Below are positions 43,001-52,173 of a stretch of 61,863 nucleotides of DNA, one piece after another. Made by a program: the position numbers and the translations under genes. Numbering within the stretch: the stretch's first letter is position 1; the number at the start of each line of letters is the position of its first letter. The stretch lies in IMG/VR virus record IMGVR_UViG_3300037247_000311, positions 1-61,863 of that record; one strand, given 5' to 3'. Below the pieces are notes generated by a model. It saw only the letters and a list, made by a program, of their open reading frames with translations, did not search any database and was not told where the DNA came from. Source of the DNA: a virus (taxonomy: Duplodnaviria > Caudoviricetes).

Positions 43001-43559
43001 GAGTGAAACGGTTGTCGTCGATAGCAAACGTGTCGCCGGAGGCCAGCGCAAGAGTATTGGAGGCATAACGGTAGAGTTGCGTATCGCCACCAATGATGAG
43101 GCCAGCGGTACTGCCCTCAGACGGCAGCTTCAGTTGGCCCGTTGTCTCAACCAGTTCAAACCTTATGCTTGACCCCAGGAAGATACTACCATTTACACCA
43201 TTAGAGTTGCCTCTGAGGGTGAAGTCTTCTCCTGATGCGGTGCCCCCCTGGAGAGTCTGCCCCCCACTTCGTCCCGCTAAGAGCGCATAGATACTATGGT
43301 CATCGTCTGAGAGCCCTCCAAGAATACCATGATCCGTACCTGCCATAGCGATCAGTGTCTGCCCGTTACTGTCGAGAAGATACAGCTCAGGGCCAGCCGT
43401 CACGTAGGCAATCGTGGGCTCGGATTTTGTAGCCGGAAGATCGCTGGTAGTAAGAACACGTAGGATTCCACGAGTAAGTGTGAGTTCCCTGTTCCAACTT
43501 TGCCTACGTTGGATGTCCCGTACGGCCTGTGTGAGTTCTAGATAGGTAGAGAAGCTCAC
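40044..43559 (-). CDS. tail fibre protein with internal repeats
   Basis: 1171 aa, Gly/Ser/Thr-rich, with repeated DHGxLxGLxDDDH motifs and a ~95-aa internal duplication. Confidence 0.8.
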   Translation of the reverse strand: MSFSTYLELTQAVRDIQRRQSWNRELTLTRGILRVLTTSDLPATKSEPTIAYVTAGPELYLLDSNGQTLIAMAGTDHGILGGLSDDDHSIYALLAGRSGGQTLQGGTASGEDFTLRGNSNGVNGSIFLGSSIRFELVETTGQLKLPSEGSTAGLIIGGDTQLYRYASNTLALASGDTFAIDDNRFTLALAASNPTITFDTNDSLTYNRSSNYYSWGIGSTEYMRLNGTKLDLLNSAYLDANDVQLPRIGSPTYTHLEHVNNLFHSTGWFSGGVITDAGSATINVSAGTGAMRSSPSTVAQLLFFDWSSVSGQAITANNIRYVGVEYNDGSPQVVIRETDNFNDLTAFILGTVVNESGTLHIQNAPWKIGDHASAMIQRSRGTSPIARDKVVGGLIFSESGTRNVVVSIGALWHGLTSFTISAIDTDPGGAAATFDTYSAGGQEATGVAAWPNEQYDSSGTLTNMGSSKWANLWWYLELDGELVMVYGTAQYTSAAKAGEEASPSTLPNRLQVHGVLAARFIFQKLAGTASEILSAFDTPFAVLGVTDHGNLAGLGGDDHTQYALHSILTTTGDIFIASSNGVAGRLAVGGANQIIGVSAGKPAWTDQSYISHDSISDVSADDHHNEAHALLSTPHSDTLAAGVTDGSIVIGNVTPAWSELVISVPAANVRNVLGIDNGEARPSWKTALDGTNPAVIGSLAPGTSLVFSHRDHVHSADHGAVGGLSDDDHSIYALLAGRSTGQTLIGGTASGEDLTLQSTANATRGSVFLGSSSKFELVETSGQLKLPTTGSGGGTLWGGDAQIYRSAENVLRTPDSMIIDGTLTVTGTTTLEELISTKSTLTIDANDEITVPTTAWLYVTSAGASDNLDGIGEGTEGQIVFLTPVAGKDITLIHNGTVTAGKPLMINGEANVTLDEDHDMAIAIYDATATVWNVMVAGAGGGGGHGSSASISDHTDVAAITEARGMFLRVNSTPAWEGLAAETAGALVGGDGTDVVSTVPKRTILLTAAGGQPSTTTPCADATVVEAGANDVDYWVLDFDASADEYAFWGPIPMPANYDGGVMTAIFYWTTTASDTDGVAWAIQMISLDDSDVIDRTWSTPVVVTDDVQGVAGDVLVTAASGDITPSGTASAPEMLFVRVFRDVSDANDDMAEDARLLAVKLLYTTNAISD

Positions 43560-45737
43560 CTAGAACCTCGGTTCGGCTGCTAGTGATCTCTCTTGTACAG
43601 AGTCTAACTTATCTGGCAGAACCTCAAAGTCGGCCTCGATCTCAGTTAGCGCTGGTTGAGTCAGCCGTGGGGTAGTAGCAGACTGACTCCAGCCCCAAGC
43701 CCATCGGAGACGATAACCACGTTGAGGCTGGTTAATCTCAAAATCTGCTGGAAATCTCTGAACTGTTCCTGCGTGGCTCCAAGGGTTTCCATAGTCCCAC
43801 GTGTAGTAGAATCTTCCCAATAAGTTAGGATCAGCTTCTTGGCCATTTATACGGACGTGCGTGAGGCGACAGAGATGGTTTGAGGCAGGAACTATGGACG
43901 GTGCCTCAACAAGTGCTTTATCATTGATAATCGGCACTTCTTCTGCACCTGGATGGTCCGTTGCGCTAATATCTACACGCCAGACACGGAAGCGTCCGAC
44001 TATAATAAGGCTTCGGTAACGATTGATTTTTGTTCCCCCTACGTTACCGTATAATATAGCTCCGATCTCGTCTGGCTCGTCTAAGGTCACCAGATCGTGC
44101 CATACATTTGTCTGGCGGTCTTTTGTACCTGCGATAACATGTGGAAAGACACCCGATTTGTCTAAACCATCTAGGGGAAAGTTTGTATCGTCCACAGATG
44201 GATGCCAGGGCTGGATACGCAAGTTGGTGGCCACAACGCCGCCTGAGAAACCAGCGCCCCAACTAAACCTTACCCAGTAGAGGTCATCTACGCTGTTTAC
44301 CGTATCGGCTGCCCAGTTTTGAGTCGCTACCGGATCGGCCCTCATTACGATCCTACCCGATTGTCCAAACGACGCGCCTCCTAGTCGCGTAAAGTCTCGC
44401 ACGGCTATGCTGTTCCACCCAGAGGCCCCGTCACTAACCTCTGCTGTGATAGTGCTTGCATTTGTTTGCACTGTACTGAAATCTATAGCGACTGCTACAA
44501 ATGGGCGAGCAAAACCAACATAGATATAGTCAGTTGTCTCATTTATCGTCCATGTTACAGAAGTTGTGAGATTTCCGCCCGCGAGATTACTAGAGCTGTC
44601 TGTATAGGTTGATCCATTATTGTCAAAGTGAAAGATTTTAAGTGCGGCGGCTGCTGCGGTCTCTTTGGTCTTTGGGGATGTTACTCCCATAAGCCAGTAC
44701 TTCATATTGCCGAGGACATCAATATGACTTGTTGTGGTATGAACATTTGGGGCTGCTTCAAAGCCTGCGGGGTCAAACTCTCGTATGTTGAAGCCGTCAA
44801 AGATGACAGCACCACCATCACCAAGAGGGATTACGGCCTGCTCACCAAGACTAAAGGAGCCCTTGCCGGTATCTAGGTGGATGAACGTAACCCAACCAGG
44901 TGTCCGGTTTACCCACCTGTCGAGGTCTTCATCGTACATGAAGATGCCCTCTGGCTTAACTGCTACAGGAAGATGCCGAACGGCTGTAATTGCAGTTATA
45001 TCTGTCGAAGCCAAGCCCACAAGTTGTGCGGCCCCCCAGTTAGCTGCCGTTATTGGATTGGCCCCAATAGGAAGGGTGCTGATCTGGCAGTTGGCCTCTC
45101 CGCTACTTGGTGTGAGCGTTCGGTACGCACGTCCGTTTAGGCTATAGAGCAAGTCGGCACGAAGCGTACCTCCGGCAGCGGTAACCGTAGCGTTAGTTCC
45201 GCCGGGAGTGAACCGTGTAGTACTTCGGATATTTTGTTCGGACGCGCCACCAAAGCCCACGTAGATAAGGGGTATGGCCGATCCATTGTCGTGCAGCATT
45301 GCACTGGTCGCGTTAGCACCAAGGGCATCTGCTACACCATTTTGTGTTAGCGTACCAAAGCGTAGTCCCCATATCTCATCCTGTACAATGATGTAGATCA
45401 TGGGATGGTTACCACCATCAACAGTCGTCCACTCACGGGCGAACACAGGCACTCTGTCCCAGTTGGCGTCGAGTGGTTGTACTTGGAGTCCCGCCCTTAT
45501 CTGATTTGGCCAACGAGCGTCTATGCTCCCATGTATGCGGTTATACCGGAAGTCTCGAACCTTCTGTGCATCACCATAACCAAGATGAGTAGACTCAAAG
45601 AGCTTAACAGTTACACGGGCTGGATCACCACTTGGCCCTCCGCCATCATCTTCCTTACGAGATATATCGCCACGGAGCTGAGCGATCTCTCCTTGCAGTT
45701 TGCGTAAGGTATCTGTTGTTGGGCCTGTAAGGGACAT
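43560..45737 (-). CDS. tail nozzle / tubular-B-like protein
   Basis: 725-aa beta-rich protein between the adaptor-like gene and the fibre; synteny-based. Confidence 0.5.
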   Translation of the reverse strand: MSLTGPTTDTLRKLQGEIAQLRGDISRKEDDGGGPSGDPARVTVKLFESTHLGYGDAQKVRDFRYNRIHGSIDARWPNQIRAGLQVQPLDANWDRVPVFAREWTTVDGGNHPMIYIIVQDEIWGLRFGTLTQNGVADALGANATSAMLHDNGSAIPLIYVGFGGASEQNIRSTTRFTPGGTNATVTAAGGTLRADLLYSLNGRAYRTLTPSSGEANCQISTLPIGANPITAANWGAAQLVGLASTDITAITAVRHLPVAVKPEGIFMYDEDLDRWVNRTPGWVTFIHLDTGKGSFSLGEQAVIPLGDGGAVIFDGFNIREFDPAGFEAAPNVHTTTSHIDVLGNMKYWLMGVTSPKTKETAAAAALKIFHFDNNGSTYTDSSSNLAGGNLTTSVTWTINETTDYIYVGFARPFVAVAIDFSTVQTNASTITAEVSDGASGWNSIAVRDFTRLGGASFGQSGRIVMRADPVATQNWAADTVNSVDDLYWVRFSWGAGFSGGVVATNLRIQPWHPSVDDTNFPLDGLDKSGVFPHVIAGTKDRQTNVWHDLVTLDEPDEIGAILYGNVGGTKINRYRSLIIVGRFRVWRVDISATDHPGAEEVPIINDKALVEAPSIVPASNHLCRLTHVRINGQEADPNLLGRFYYTWDYGNPWSHAGTVQRFPADFEINQPQRGYRLRWAWGWSQSATTPRLTQPALTEIEADFEVLPDKLDSVQERSLAAEPRF

Positions 45738-47048
45738 TTAGACTCTCAATTGCGGAACCCGAATAAGCCGAGCCCGCTCTAGTCGTGCTTTTGGCTTAGG
45801 GCCATAGAGGCGTTCCTTGGCAGCCAGTTCGATGCTTGCCTGTGCAAGTAGATCGTCCCAGAACGCCTGTGCCCACGGCTGCTTCTTTCGGTATTGGCCT
45901 GCAAGAAGTGCAACCATTGCGGGCACTACGTAGTCGTCTGGACAGAGCGTTGTAGCCGCGTCTCCTGTAGCTCGTGCAGTGGCAGTGAGGTACGTAGCGG
46001 ACAGCGCATCATAGTAGGAGCGCTCCGTATAGAAGTACGGGCGATTCTCTAGGGGGTGGTCGAACCGTAGCTGCACATTGTCTGCAACCTGCTCGGCTCT
46101 CACGCCCTGAACCTCCGTCATTTGATCCTGCCCCCAGGTTTCGTCTACAATAGACGGATTGTGCAGAGCCTGTACGGGGCCAACCCACTCACGGCTGATA
46201 ACTCTCGCAGGAAGTCCAATCCGCTGCTGGTTTTGCCAGTGGAAATTGATCGGCCCCCATTCAACAATGTCGCTGGCTCCTTGTCCCGTGAGGCGAACAG
46301 TAATCTCATAGCAATCTGTTGGGATGTTCCCTGTAACCTCAATAGCTGTCCAGCCCCGCCCTGTCACGGTTGCTGTGCCTCCGAGAGTAATATTCGCGCC
46401 GCCTGTCACGTCACGGACAATCACTTGAGCCGTTCCTGTTCGTGCTGATACCGGCACCCAGAGATAGAAGTCTGCCCCTGGTCGTGGATAGATTGACGCC
46501 GATTCAGCAGCACCATTAGCCCCAGAGTTTGTAACTAGGAGGGAGTCCCTAGCAAACTCCTGTGGGAAACTCATCGTCTGCTTAGCAATCGTTGCAGAGT
46601 TGATTAGTTGCCAGTTAGTGGCTGCTAGGGTGTCCACGTAACCCGCATTAGGAAGCTCCGACAGGGGATGCAAGTACCACTGGCTACAAATACTCGTAAG
46701 TGCCTCATCTCTTGCACGATCTACGTCGTCAGGGTCTACGCCTGGCATGTATATTTCGTATGTAACAGCGTTCGTAGGAGCGCTTGTCCAGTCGGGAGTC
46801 ACATAAAGACGCCCATTAACGGTGTCAAGGTAGTCCACGCGGGTTTGCTCACCATCGGCAACACCACCAGCAGCCGACGCTCGCACGTAGGCACCATCAA
46901 AAGCTGTGGATGCCCAAGCGCTTGACTGGAGGCGCGTAGTGTCAGTCAGATAGGCCACTGCACCTGTTGCAGTCGCTTGCCCTAAGAGAGTAATAATCCC
47001 CCAGCGGACGAGTTCCTCGCGGATCGCCTGACCGCTAACTGTTGCCAT
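45738..47048 (-). CDS. head-tail adaptor / tubular-A-like protein with inserted beta domains
   Basis: Helical N- and C-termini flanking beta-sandwich segments; position before the nozzle-like gene. Confidence 0.5.
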   Translation of the reverse strand: MATVSGQAIREELVRWGIITLLGQATATGAVAYLTDTTRLQSSAWASTAFDGAYVRASAAGGVADGEQTRVDYLDTVNGRLYVTPDWTSAPTNAVTYEIYMPGVDPDDVDRARDEALTSICSQWYLHPLSELPNAGYVDTLAATNWQLINSATIAKQTMSFPQEFARDSLLVTNSGANGAAESASIYPRPGADFYLWVPVSARTGTAQVIVRDVTGGANITLGGTATVTGRGWTAIEVTGNIPTDCYEITVRLTGQGASDIVEWGPINFHWQNQQRIGLPARVISREWVGPVQALHNPSIVDETWGQDQMTEVQGVRAEQVADNVQLRFDHPLENRPYFYTERSYYDALSATYLTATARATGDAATTLCPDDYVVPAMVALLAGQYRKKQPWAQAFWDDLLAQASIELAAKERLYGPKPKARLERARLIRVPQLRV

Positions 47049-47733
47049 AGTTACCTACCAGGTCTGGCTTAGCGATTGATGTGTGGGCCTTCGTAAACTC
47101 TATTAGGGACGCACCCAAAACTGTATCAAGCGATGCTGTCTGAACAGTTAGGGGATCAATCTTCTCCCAGAGGTACTCTGCGTCATAGATCATACGAGGG
47201 TACTCCACTGTGACGTGTGGGATATGTGTCTCCTGGATCGTGTCCCAGAGCAGCCCAGAACGCATAGCCTGCCACGTATAGAGGGAGTAATAATCAAGCC
47301 ATTTGGTTTCACGGGTAAACGACATTGCAGTGTCTCGCAATGGGCGCGTGCAGACGATTACAACCTCTGGCCTGATACCACCTGCACGTAGCCAGGTATG
47401 TAACCACTGGGGCATGAGGGGGGACTTTACCACTTCTGGTATGCTCTCTAGAACGGCCTTTATATAAGGGGCCGGCATCTGATCACGAAACCGGAAGAAC
47501 TCGTCAATATGTGCGCCCTGAATATCTCCGTGTTTCGTTCCATATGCAGGTAGTGGGTACGGACTATACTGCATATCCCAATCTGTTAGCAACTGTGCTA
47601 GCGGAAGATGCTCCATACCACGAGGCCGCTCGATGGCATTTAGGCTGTCTCCCAAGTCACACCCTAGCTCCATGAACAGCCCGGCTAGAAACGTCGTACC
47701 ACAGGAGCCTACGCCTGTGATGAGCGTCTTCAT
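47035..47733 (-). CDS. sulfotransferase-like (P-loop) protein
   Basis: LITGVGSCGTTFL (5'-PSB-like), GMEH, VKSP, VIVCTRPLRDTAMSF (3'-PB R...S), VEY..M. Confidence 0.7.
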   Translation of the reverse strand: MKTLITGVGSCGTTFLAGLFMELGCDLGDSLNAIERPRGMEHLPLAQLLTDWDMQYSPYPLPAYGTKHGDIQGAHIDEFFRFRDQMPAPYIKAVLESIPEVVKSPLMPQWLHTWLRAGGIRPEVVIVCTRPLRDTAMSFTRETKWLDYYSLYTWQAMRSGLLWDTIQETHIPHVTVEYPRMIYDAEYLWEKIDPLTVQTASLDTVLGASLIEFTKAHTSIAKPDLVGNYGNS

Positions 47734-47739
47734 ACTCTC

Positions 47740-47758
47740 ACCTTTACGTTAAGGTTAG
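47740..47758. promoter_or_regulatory. copy of the palindromic operator
   Basis: ACCTTTACGTTAAGGT-TAG; overlaps the SD of 47035..47733 and abuts the plus-strand promoter. Confidence 0.65.
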
Positions 47759-47760
47759 AC

Positions 47761-47789
47761 TTGACAAGTGGCGGATTTCGTGGTATACT
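47761..47789 (+). promoter_or_regulatory. near-consensus promoter oriented antisense to the late operon
   Basis: TTGACA-N17-TATACT with extended -10 TG, in an intergenic gap. Confidence 0.75.
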
Positions 47790-47818
47790 TGAGGTAGGAG
47801 ACCCTAAGAAAGCACCCA

Positions 47819-48157
47819 TTAGTCTACATCCGTCCCACGCTTGCTGGCAGTCTTGCTCATCTTGCTCATGTCCAGCTCACCTTGCCCCTGTTCGTTGTAC
47901 CGAAAGGCGTGACGGAGTTCGTCCACAGCGCGATCTCCATCCCAGCCGATCTTATGCATCTCCTTGTCCAGTTCGCCCTGAACTTCTACCATGTCCTCTG
48001 CGGGGGGCATGGCAGGAGATGTGATAATGTTCTGACGATAGACCGAGACGCGCTTAGCCATGCCCTTACAGGTCTTACAAACGACTATCGCATCGTCCAG
48101 ACCTGCCCGCATTTCGTAGGTTCCGCAATCCTTGCAAGTATAATTATACGTAGGCAT
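47819..48157 (-). CDS. FmdB-like zinc-ribbon protein
   Basis: MPTYNYTCKDCG...CKTCKG.AKRV. Confidence 0.8.
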   Translation of the reverse strand: MPTYNYTCKDCGTYEMRAGLDDAIVVCKTCKGMAKRVSVYRQNIITSPAMPPAEDMVEVQGELDKEMHKIGWDGDRAVDELRHAFRYNEQGQGELDMSKMSKTASKRGTDVD

Positions 48158-48159
48158 TC

Positions 48160-48483
48160 CTATAGCCTCAGGAGCCTTCTAATGAGACTCTTAGGCTTCG
48201 GGGGAGGCCCTCCCATACCCATCATTCCAGCAATGGCTGCCCCTGCATTGGGGTTATCAGCAAACTTACCAGGGGCGTACTCCCCGTCCGGATAGACCCA
48301 CCAGTTGATGCGTTCGTCCTTATTCTGTGGACTGCGGCCTGTCTTTTCAGCCTTCGTACCACAGACACACTTTATAAATCTAGCCTCTTCGTTCCGTATT
48401 TTCTGGTCACGAATGGCCTCACAGCCTGGGCACTCGAAGCGAAAGCTCGGATGCTCCGCAACCTTTCTAGGTGCGATACTCAT
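48160..48483 (-). CDS. Zn-ribbon hypothetical protein
   Basis: AAGGAGGAGG SD; CPGC...CVC. Confidence 0.7.
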   Translation of the reverse strand: MSIAPRKVAEHPSFRFECPGCEAIRDQKIRNEEARFIKCVCGTKAEKTGRSPQNKDERINWWVYPDGEYAPGKFADNPNAGAAIAGMMGMGGPPPKPKSLIRRLLRL

Positions 48484-48534
48484 GTCCTCCTCCTTCTGTA
48501 ACGGGGCAGCCTTGCGGCAAGACCGCCCAGTAGT

Positions 48535-49194
48535 CTAGTTAAATGCCGATTCGGCGATCTCTGCCCAGTGGATCAGAGAGAACCCAGTGCCAGTCGCATT
48601 GAACATAACTGTCACAATGGAGCCCGCATCAATTACGATAGGGGCAATCCCACACTTAGCCACGCTCCACCTGATATAAGGATCGAGGTCAATCGTGTCC
48701 AAGTCTTGTGCGCTCGACCAGTGGAAGAGCACCCGCTCTGTAGCGTCCACATTATCTGTTGCGGACGATACTGTGTGCATCGCAGTTGCGCCCGAACTAA
48801 CAGGGTTGTCAACCCGAAGGTTCAACTCAGAAACCTCAGTTTCTGTTCCACCAGTACCATTGAGAGCCGTAGTGACCATAGCGGACATGTGGCTTACAGT
48901 AGCAGCGTTCAGGTTGAAGTTGGTCTCGATGAGCAGCGGAAAAGCCGCTGTAGCATCGGGAATATCCACGGCAAGCGTCTTTGATCCGTCCGCATAGGTG
49001 CCCATCACAGTGACACCCGTAATGTCGTACTCCCCTGGTGCAGCCGCTGAGAAACAACGGCCTTCAAGCACCAGTGCTTGATACCACGGAACAGCAATTA
49101 GAGCACCATCACGAAGCGCGCGAAGGTTAGTCCAATCACCATCCGATGCACGGCTCACGTTTTGCTGTTGTATTTTTACTCGTGCGTCAGACAT
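48535..49194 (-). CDS. virion structural protein, paralog 3 of 3
   Basis: Shares LRALRDGA...PWYQALVLEGRCFSAA and LNLR.DNP..SGAT with the next two ORFs. Confidence 0.7.
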   Translation of the reverse strand: MSDARVKIQQQNVSRASDGDWTNLRALRDGALIAVPWYQALVLEGRCFSAAAPGEYDITGVTVMGTYADGSKTLAVDIPDATAAFPLLIETNFNLNAATVSHMSAMVTTALNGTGGTETEVSELNLRVDNPVSSGATAMHTVSSATDNVDATERVLFHWSSAQDLDTIDLDPYIRWSVAKCGIAPIVIDAGSIVTVMFNATGTGFSLIHWAEIAESAFN

Positions 49195-49209
49195 ATTACT
49201 CCTTTCTAT

Positions 49210-49866
49210 CTAGTTAATAGCAGACTCAGGCAACTCGGCCCAGCCTACAAGGCCAAAGCCCGTACCTGATGTTGCAGCAGTCATGATCAAGGCTAGAGAC
49301 GATGAGTCAATAGCGACAGGGGCGTACCCTACGTCGGCAACTGTCCACGTGCGACGGGGGTTAATAACCGTTGCGTCGAGGTCCTGTGCTGTAGCGAAGT
49401 GGAACAGCACCCGCTCTGTACCGTCAATGACAGTCACGCCAGAGTTACTTGTGTGCTCCACTGTTGCACCAGAGGCAATAGGGTTATCAAGCCTCAAGTT
49501 TAGCGCGTTTGTTGGTGTTGAATCAGCCGTTCCGAATGGCTGAAGTCCAACAAAGAAGGCTGCATTGACAATGACCGCACCTGTAGCAAGGAAGCTGGCC
49601 TCTGCATAAAGAGGAATCGCGGCCAGGCCATCGGGGATGTCCACTGCAAGAGCTGCCTCATCAGTGGTAAGTGCTACCTTCAGCGTCATACCGCTGTGAT
49701 CATATATAGTAGGACCCGCTGCCGAAAAGCAGCGCCCTTCTAGGACAAGCGCTTGATACCAAGGGCAGACAATTGCGGCTCCATCACGAAGAGACCTTAG
49801 TGCTACAAGCTGTCCATCATTTCCACGTGATAGGTTTTGCTGTTGTGCAAATACACGAATATCCAT
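49210..49866 (-). CDS. virion structural protein, paralog 2 of 3
   Basis: Same motifs; TAGAAAGGAGTAA SD context is repeated. Confidence 0.7.
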   Translation of the reverse strand: MDIRVFAQQQNLSRGNDGQLVALRSLRDGAAIVCPWYQALVLEGRCFSAAGPTIYDHSGMTLKVALTTDEAALAVDIPDGLAAIPLYAEASFLATGAVIVNAAFFVGLQPFGTADSTPTNALNLRLDNPIASGATVEHTSNSGVTVIDGTERVLFHFATAQDLDATVINPRRTWTVADVGYAPVAIDSSSLALIMTAATSGTGFGLVGWAELPESAIN

Positions 49867-49884
49867 GTGTTACTCCTTTCTATT

Positions 49885-50553
49885 CTAAGTAATGGCCGAC
49901 TCTGGAAGTTCGGCCCAAGCAACCAGCCCGAAGCCGGTCTCACCACCAGCGGCAGCTACGGTTGCAACAAGGTTTATCGACGCCGCATCCAACACTACGG
50001 GGGCGACTCCAGCCTCCCCTACATACCACGTGATTCGCGGGTCCATAGCAATGCCATCAATCTGCTGTGAAGTTGCAAAGTGAAACAGCACCCGTTCGGT
50101 GCCGTCCACATTATCTGTTGCACCTGAGACGGTCTCCATTGCGGTCGCGCCAGAAGATATGGGGTTATCGAGCCTCAGGTTTAGCTCAGCGAGTTCGTTT
50201 TCTGATCCGCCAAGACCGTTAAGTGCGGTATTAACCATACCAGAGGCGTGGGCAACGGCCCCACCAACAGCAAGGAAGCAGAACTCCATATACAGTGGGA
50301 TACCAGCAGTAGCATCAGGGATATCTACTGCGACAGTCTTTGAGGCGTCCGCATACGTGGTCATAATCGTAAGACCAGCATGGTCATACGTACCGGGGCC
50401 AGCAGCAGAGAAACAACGGCCCTCAAGAACGAGAGCCTGATACCAGGGGCAAAGAACAGCGGCGCCATCACGGAGAGCCCGCAAGCCCAGCCATGACCCA
50501 TCAGGAGACCGTGTTACGCTTCCTTGTCGTACAAGTCCGCGAAAATCAGACAT
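49885..50553 (-). CDS. virion structural protein, paralog 1 of 3
   Basis: Same motifs; first gene after the promoter at 50632-50666. Confidence 0.7.
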   Translation of the reverse strand: MSDFRGLVRQGSVTRSPDGSWLGLRALRDGAAVLCPWYQALVLEGRCFSAAGPGTYDHAGLTIMTTYADASKTVAVDIPDATAGIPLYMEFCFLAVGGAVAHASGMVNTALNGLGGSENELAELNLRLDNPISSGATAMETVSGATDNVDGTERVLFHFATSQQIDGIAMDPRITWYVGEAGVAPVVLDAASINLVATVAAAGGETGFGLVAWAELPESAIT

Positions 50554-50631
50554 ATATTACTCCTTTCTAGTCCTATGTTATATACCTAGGAGCGGGCCGC
50601 ATAACTGGGACTCAGTTACCGCCTCTAGTTA

Positions 50632-50666
50632 ATTATACCAAACCCTGACTCTTACGTCAAGGTTAG
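50632..50666 (-). promoter_or_regulatory. late promoter with operator
   Basis: CTAACC-TTGACG-N17-TATAAT with extended -10 TG. Confidence 0.85.
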
Positions 50667-51349
50667 TGTGATTCTACCTTTCCGTCGATAGGCTGTCCGA
50701 TGGCTCTTAGCCGTAGTTCTTCCTGAGATAAGAGCGTATCGACTTCTGGCACCCCGACGCTTGGTACTTCAAACTCTGCCCAATAGACCTGCGTGCGACG
50801 GGCACCGCCACTACCCCCCACGCGGCTTAGGATAAATCGAAGTTGAATGTCAGTGTAATCTGTAATTAGGGCAGCTTCGGTTGTGGTAAGACGCCTAACG
50901 TAGGTAGTCATACTGTCAGGTGTTGGTACGCTAATAGCAGTAATGAGTGTTCCAAGTCCAGCTACGGTCTCAGCCGAATAGCCCTGCCGTACTTCAACGA
51001 TACAGGCCAGTGTCTCTCCTCCTGAGGAGTTCTTACCAACAGCAACACGGAGGAAGTGATTACGGTCGCTTACAGGTGCTGTTGGGTTGTTGGTTTCCAC
51101 CGCAACAACTCCATGCTGCGCGTCTCCAGACTCAAAGTAGTCGGCGTTACTTCGAGCTACTTCATCAATGACCCCAAAGGCCGATGCGCCCGTAGAAAGT
51201 ACGGGGGCTTGACCTGGGGTAGTCATCATAATGATCTCAAGATTACCGCTGTTATCCCTCGACTGCTGCCGAAAGGGTAGGGTACTTCGTGTAATATCAG
51301 AACTTGGACGTATGAACTGAGCCACTATACGGCCCTCCGTTCTTGCCAC
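50663..51349 (-). CDS. putative virion protein (beta-sandwich)
   Basis: Located in the structural operon; C-terminal DYTDIQLRF...QVYWAEFEVP. Confidence 0.55.
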   Translation of the reverse strand: MARTEGRIVAQFIRPSSDITRSTLPFRQQSRDNSGNLEIIMMTTPGQAPVLSTGASAFGVIDEVARSNADYFESGDAQHGVVAVETNNPTAPVSDRNHFLRVAVGKNSSGGETLACIVEVRQGYSAETVAGLGTLITAISVPTPDSMTTYVRRLTTTEAALITDYTDIQLRFILSRVGGSGGARRTQVYWAEFEVPSVGVPEVDTLLSQEELRLRAIGQPIDGKVESH

Positions 51350-52164
51350 GCCTGTACGTAGTCCAACCGTGTGTTATGGGTCACATCAGAAGCCCTATCC
51401 TGTACCATAAACCACAGGTGCATGTTTGCGCCTTCTCCATGGTCAGCAGCTTCAGTCGTAGCCCCATCACCAAAGGTTGCACTTACTGTACGTGGTGCGG
51501 TCTGGACGAACCCTGCCGGAACACCATTGATCCAGTAGCGGACTCCACCACCCTCAGTCATCGCTACCATAATTGAAATCGGCCCAGGAACACTCAATGT
51601 AGGTGCCCCAGACTGGGCGACAGCAGCTACGGTTCCTGCCGTTTGCGTAGTGAGATCACAGTTCGTGTCATCGTCAGTGTCGAAGACGGCAACTGCGAAC
51701 GACCCCACAAGATCGTTGGCCGTTGGCGTAGCCTTCACAAGTACCACGCCTGAGAGGGTCGCGGAATCCAATTCGATAGCCGGATGCACAAACCCGAACT
51801 CAAACTTGGCGCTCGTAAGGCTAGCTATATCAAAGGATGTCTGTGCTACGCACCGTCTCGCAGGAGACCACAATGCGTGCTTACTAAACAGCCGAATGTC
51901 CGAGTCGTCCACCCCGCCTGGATCGCCTTCGATGAACCCGTTGATGGCATCCTCAACGAAGTGGAAGTCTGTAATGTCATCTACTGGGGAGCCAATCTCG
52001 CCATGAGCGACCCCCCAGTAGTCGGAGAGATCATCTTTGTCAAAGTCGTCCTTGAAACTGTAGATGCTATCCGTGCAGAGGAACTCCAAGAGAGGCTCTA
52101 CGTCCTTCTGGAGGAGCTTCCTCGTTAGGTGATCGTTAGGAAGTCTAAATGCTGTTGGCATCAA
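51325..52164 (-). CDS. putative capsid decoration protein, lectin-like, paralog B
   Basis: Shares DDF, KFE.GF, VLVK.TPT, DTDDDT..DL and LDY..AWQER with 52174..53040. Confidence 0.6.
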   Translation of the reverse strand: MMPTAFRLPNDHLTRKLLQKDVEPLLEFLCTDSIYSFKDDFDKDDLSDYWGVAHGEIGSPVDDITDFHFVEDAINGFIEGDPGGVDDSDIRLFSKHALWSPARRCVAQTSFDIASLTSAKFEFGFVHPAIELDSATLSGVVLVKATPTANDLVGSFAVAVFDTDDDTNCDLTTQTAGTVAAVAQSGAPTLSVPGPISIMVAMTEGGGVRYWINGVPAGFVQTAPRTVSATFGDGATTEAADHGEGANMHLWFMVQDRASDVTHNTRLDYVQAWQERRAV

Positions 52165-52173
52165 TCCCTCCCC

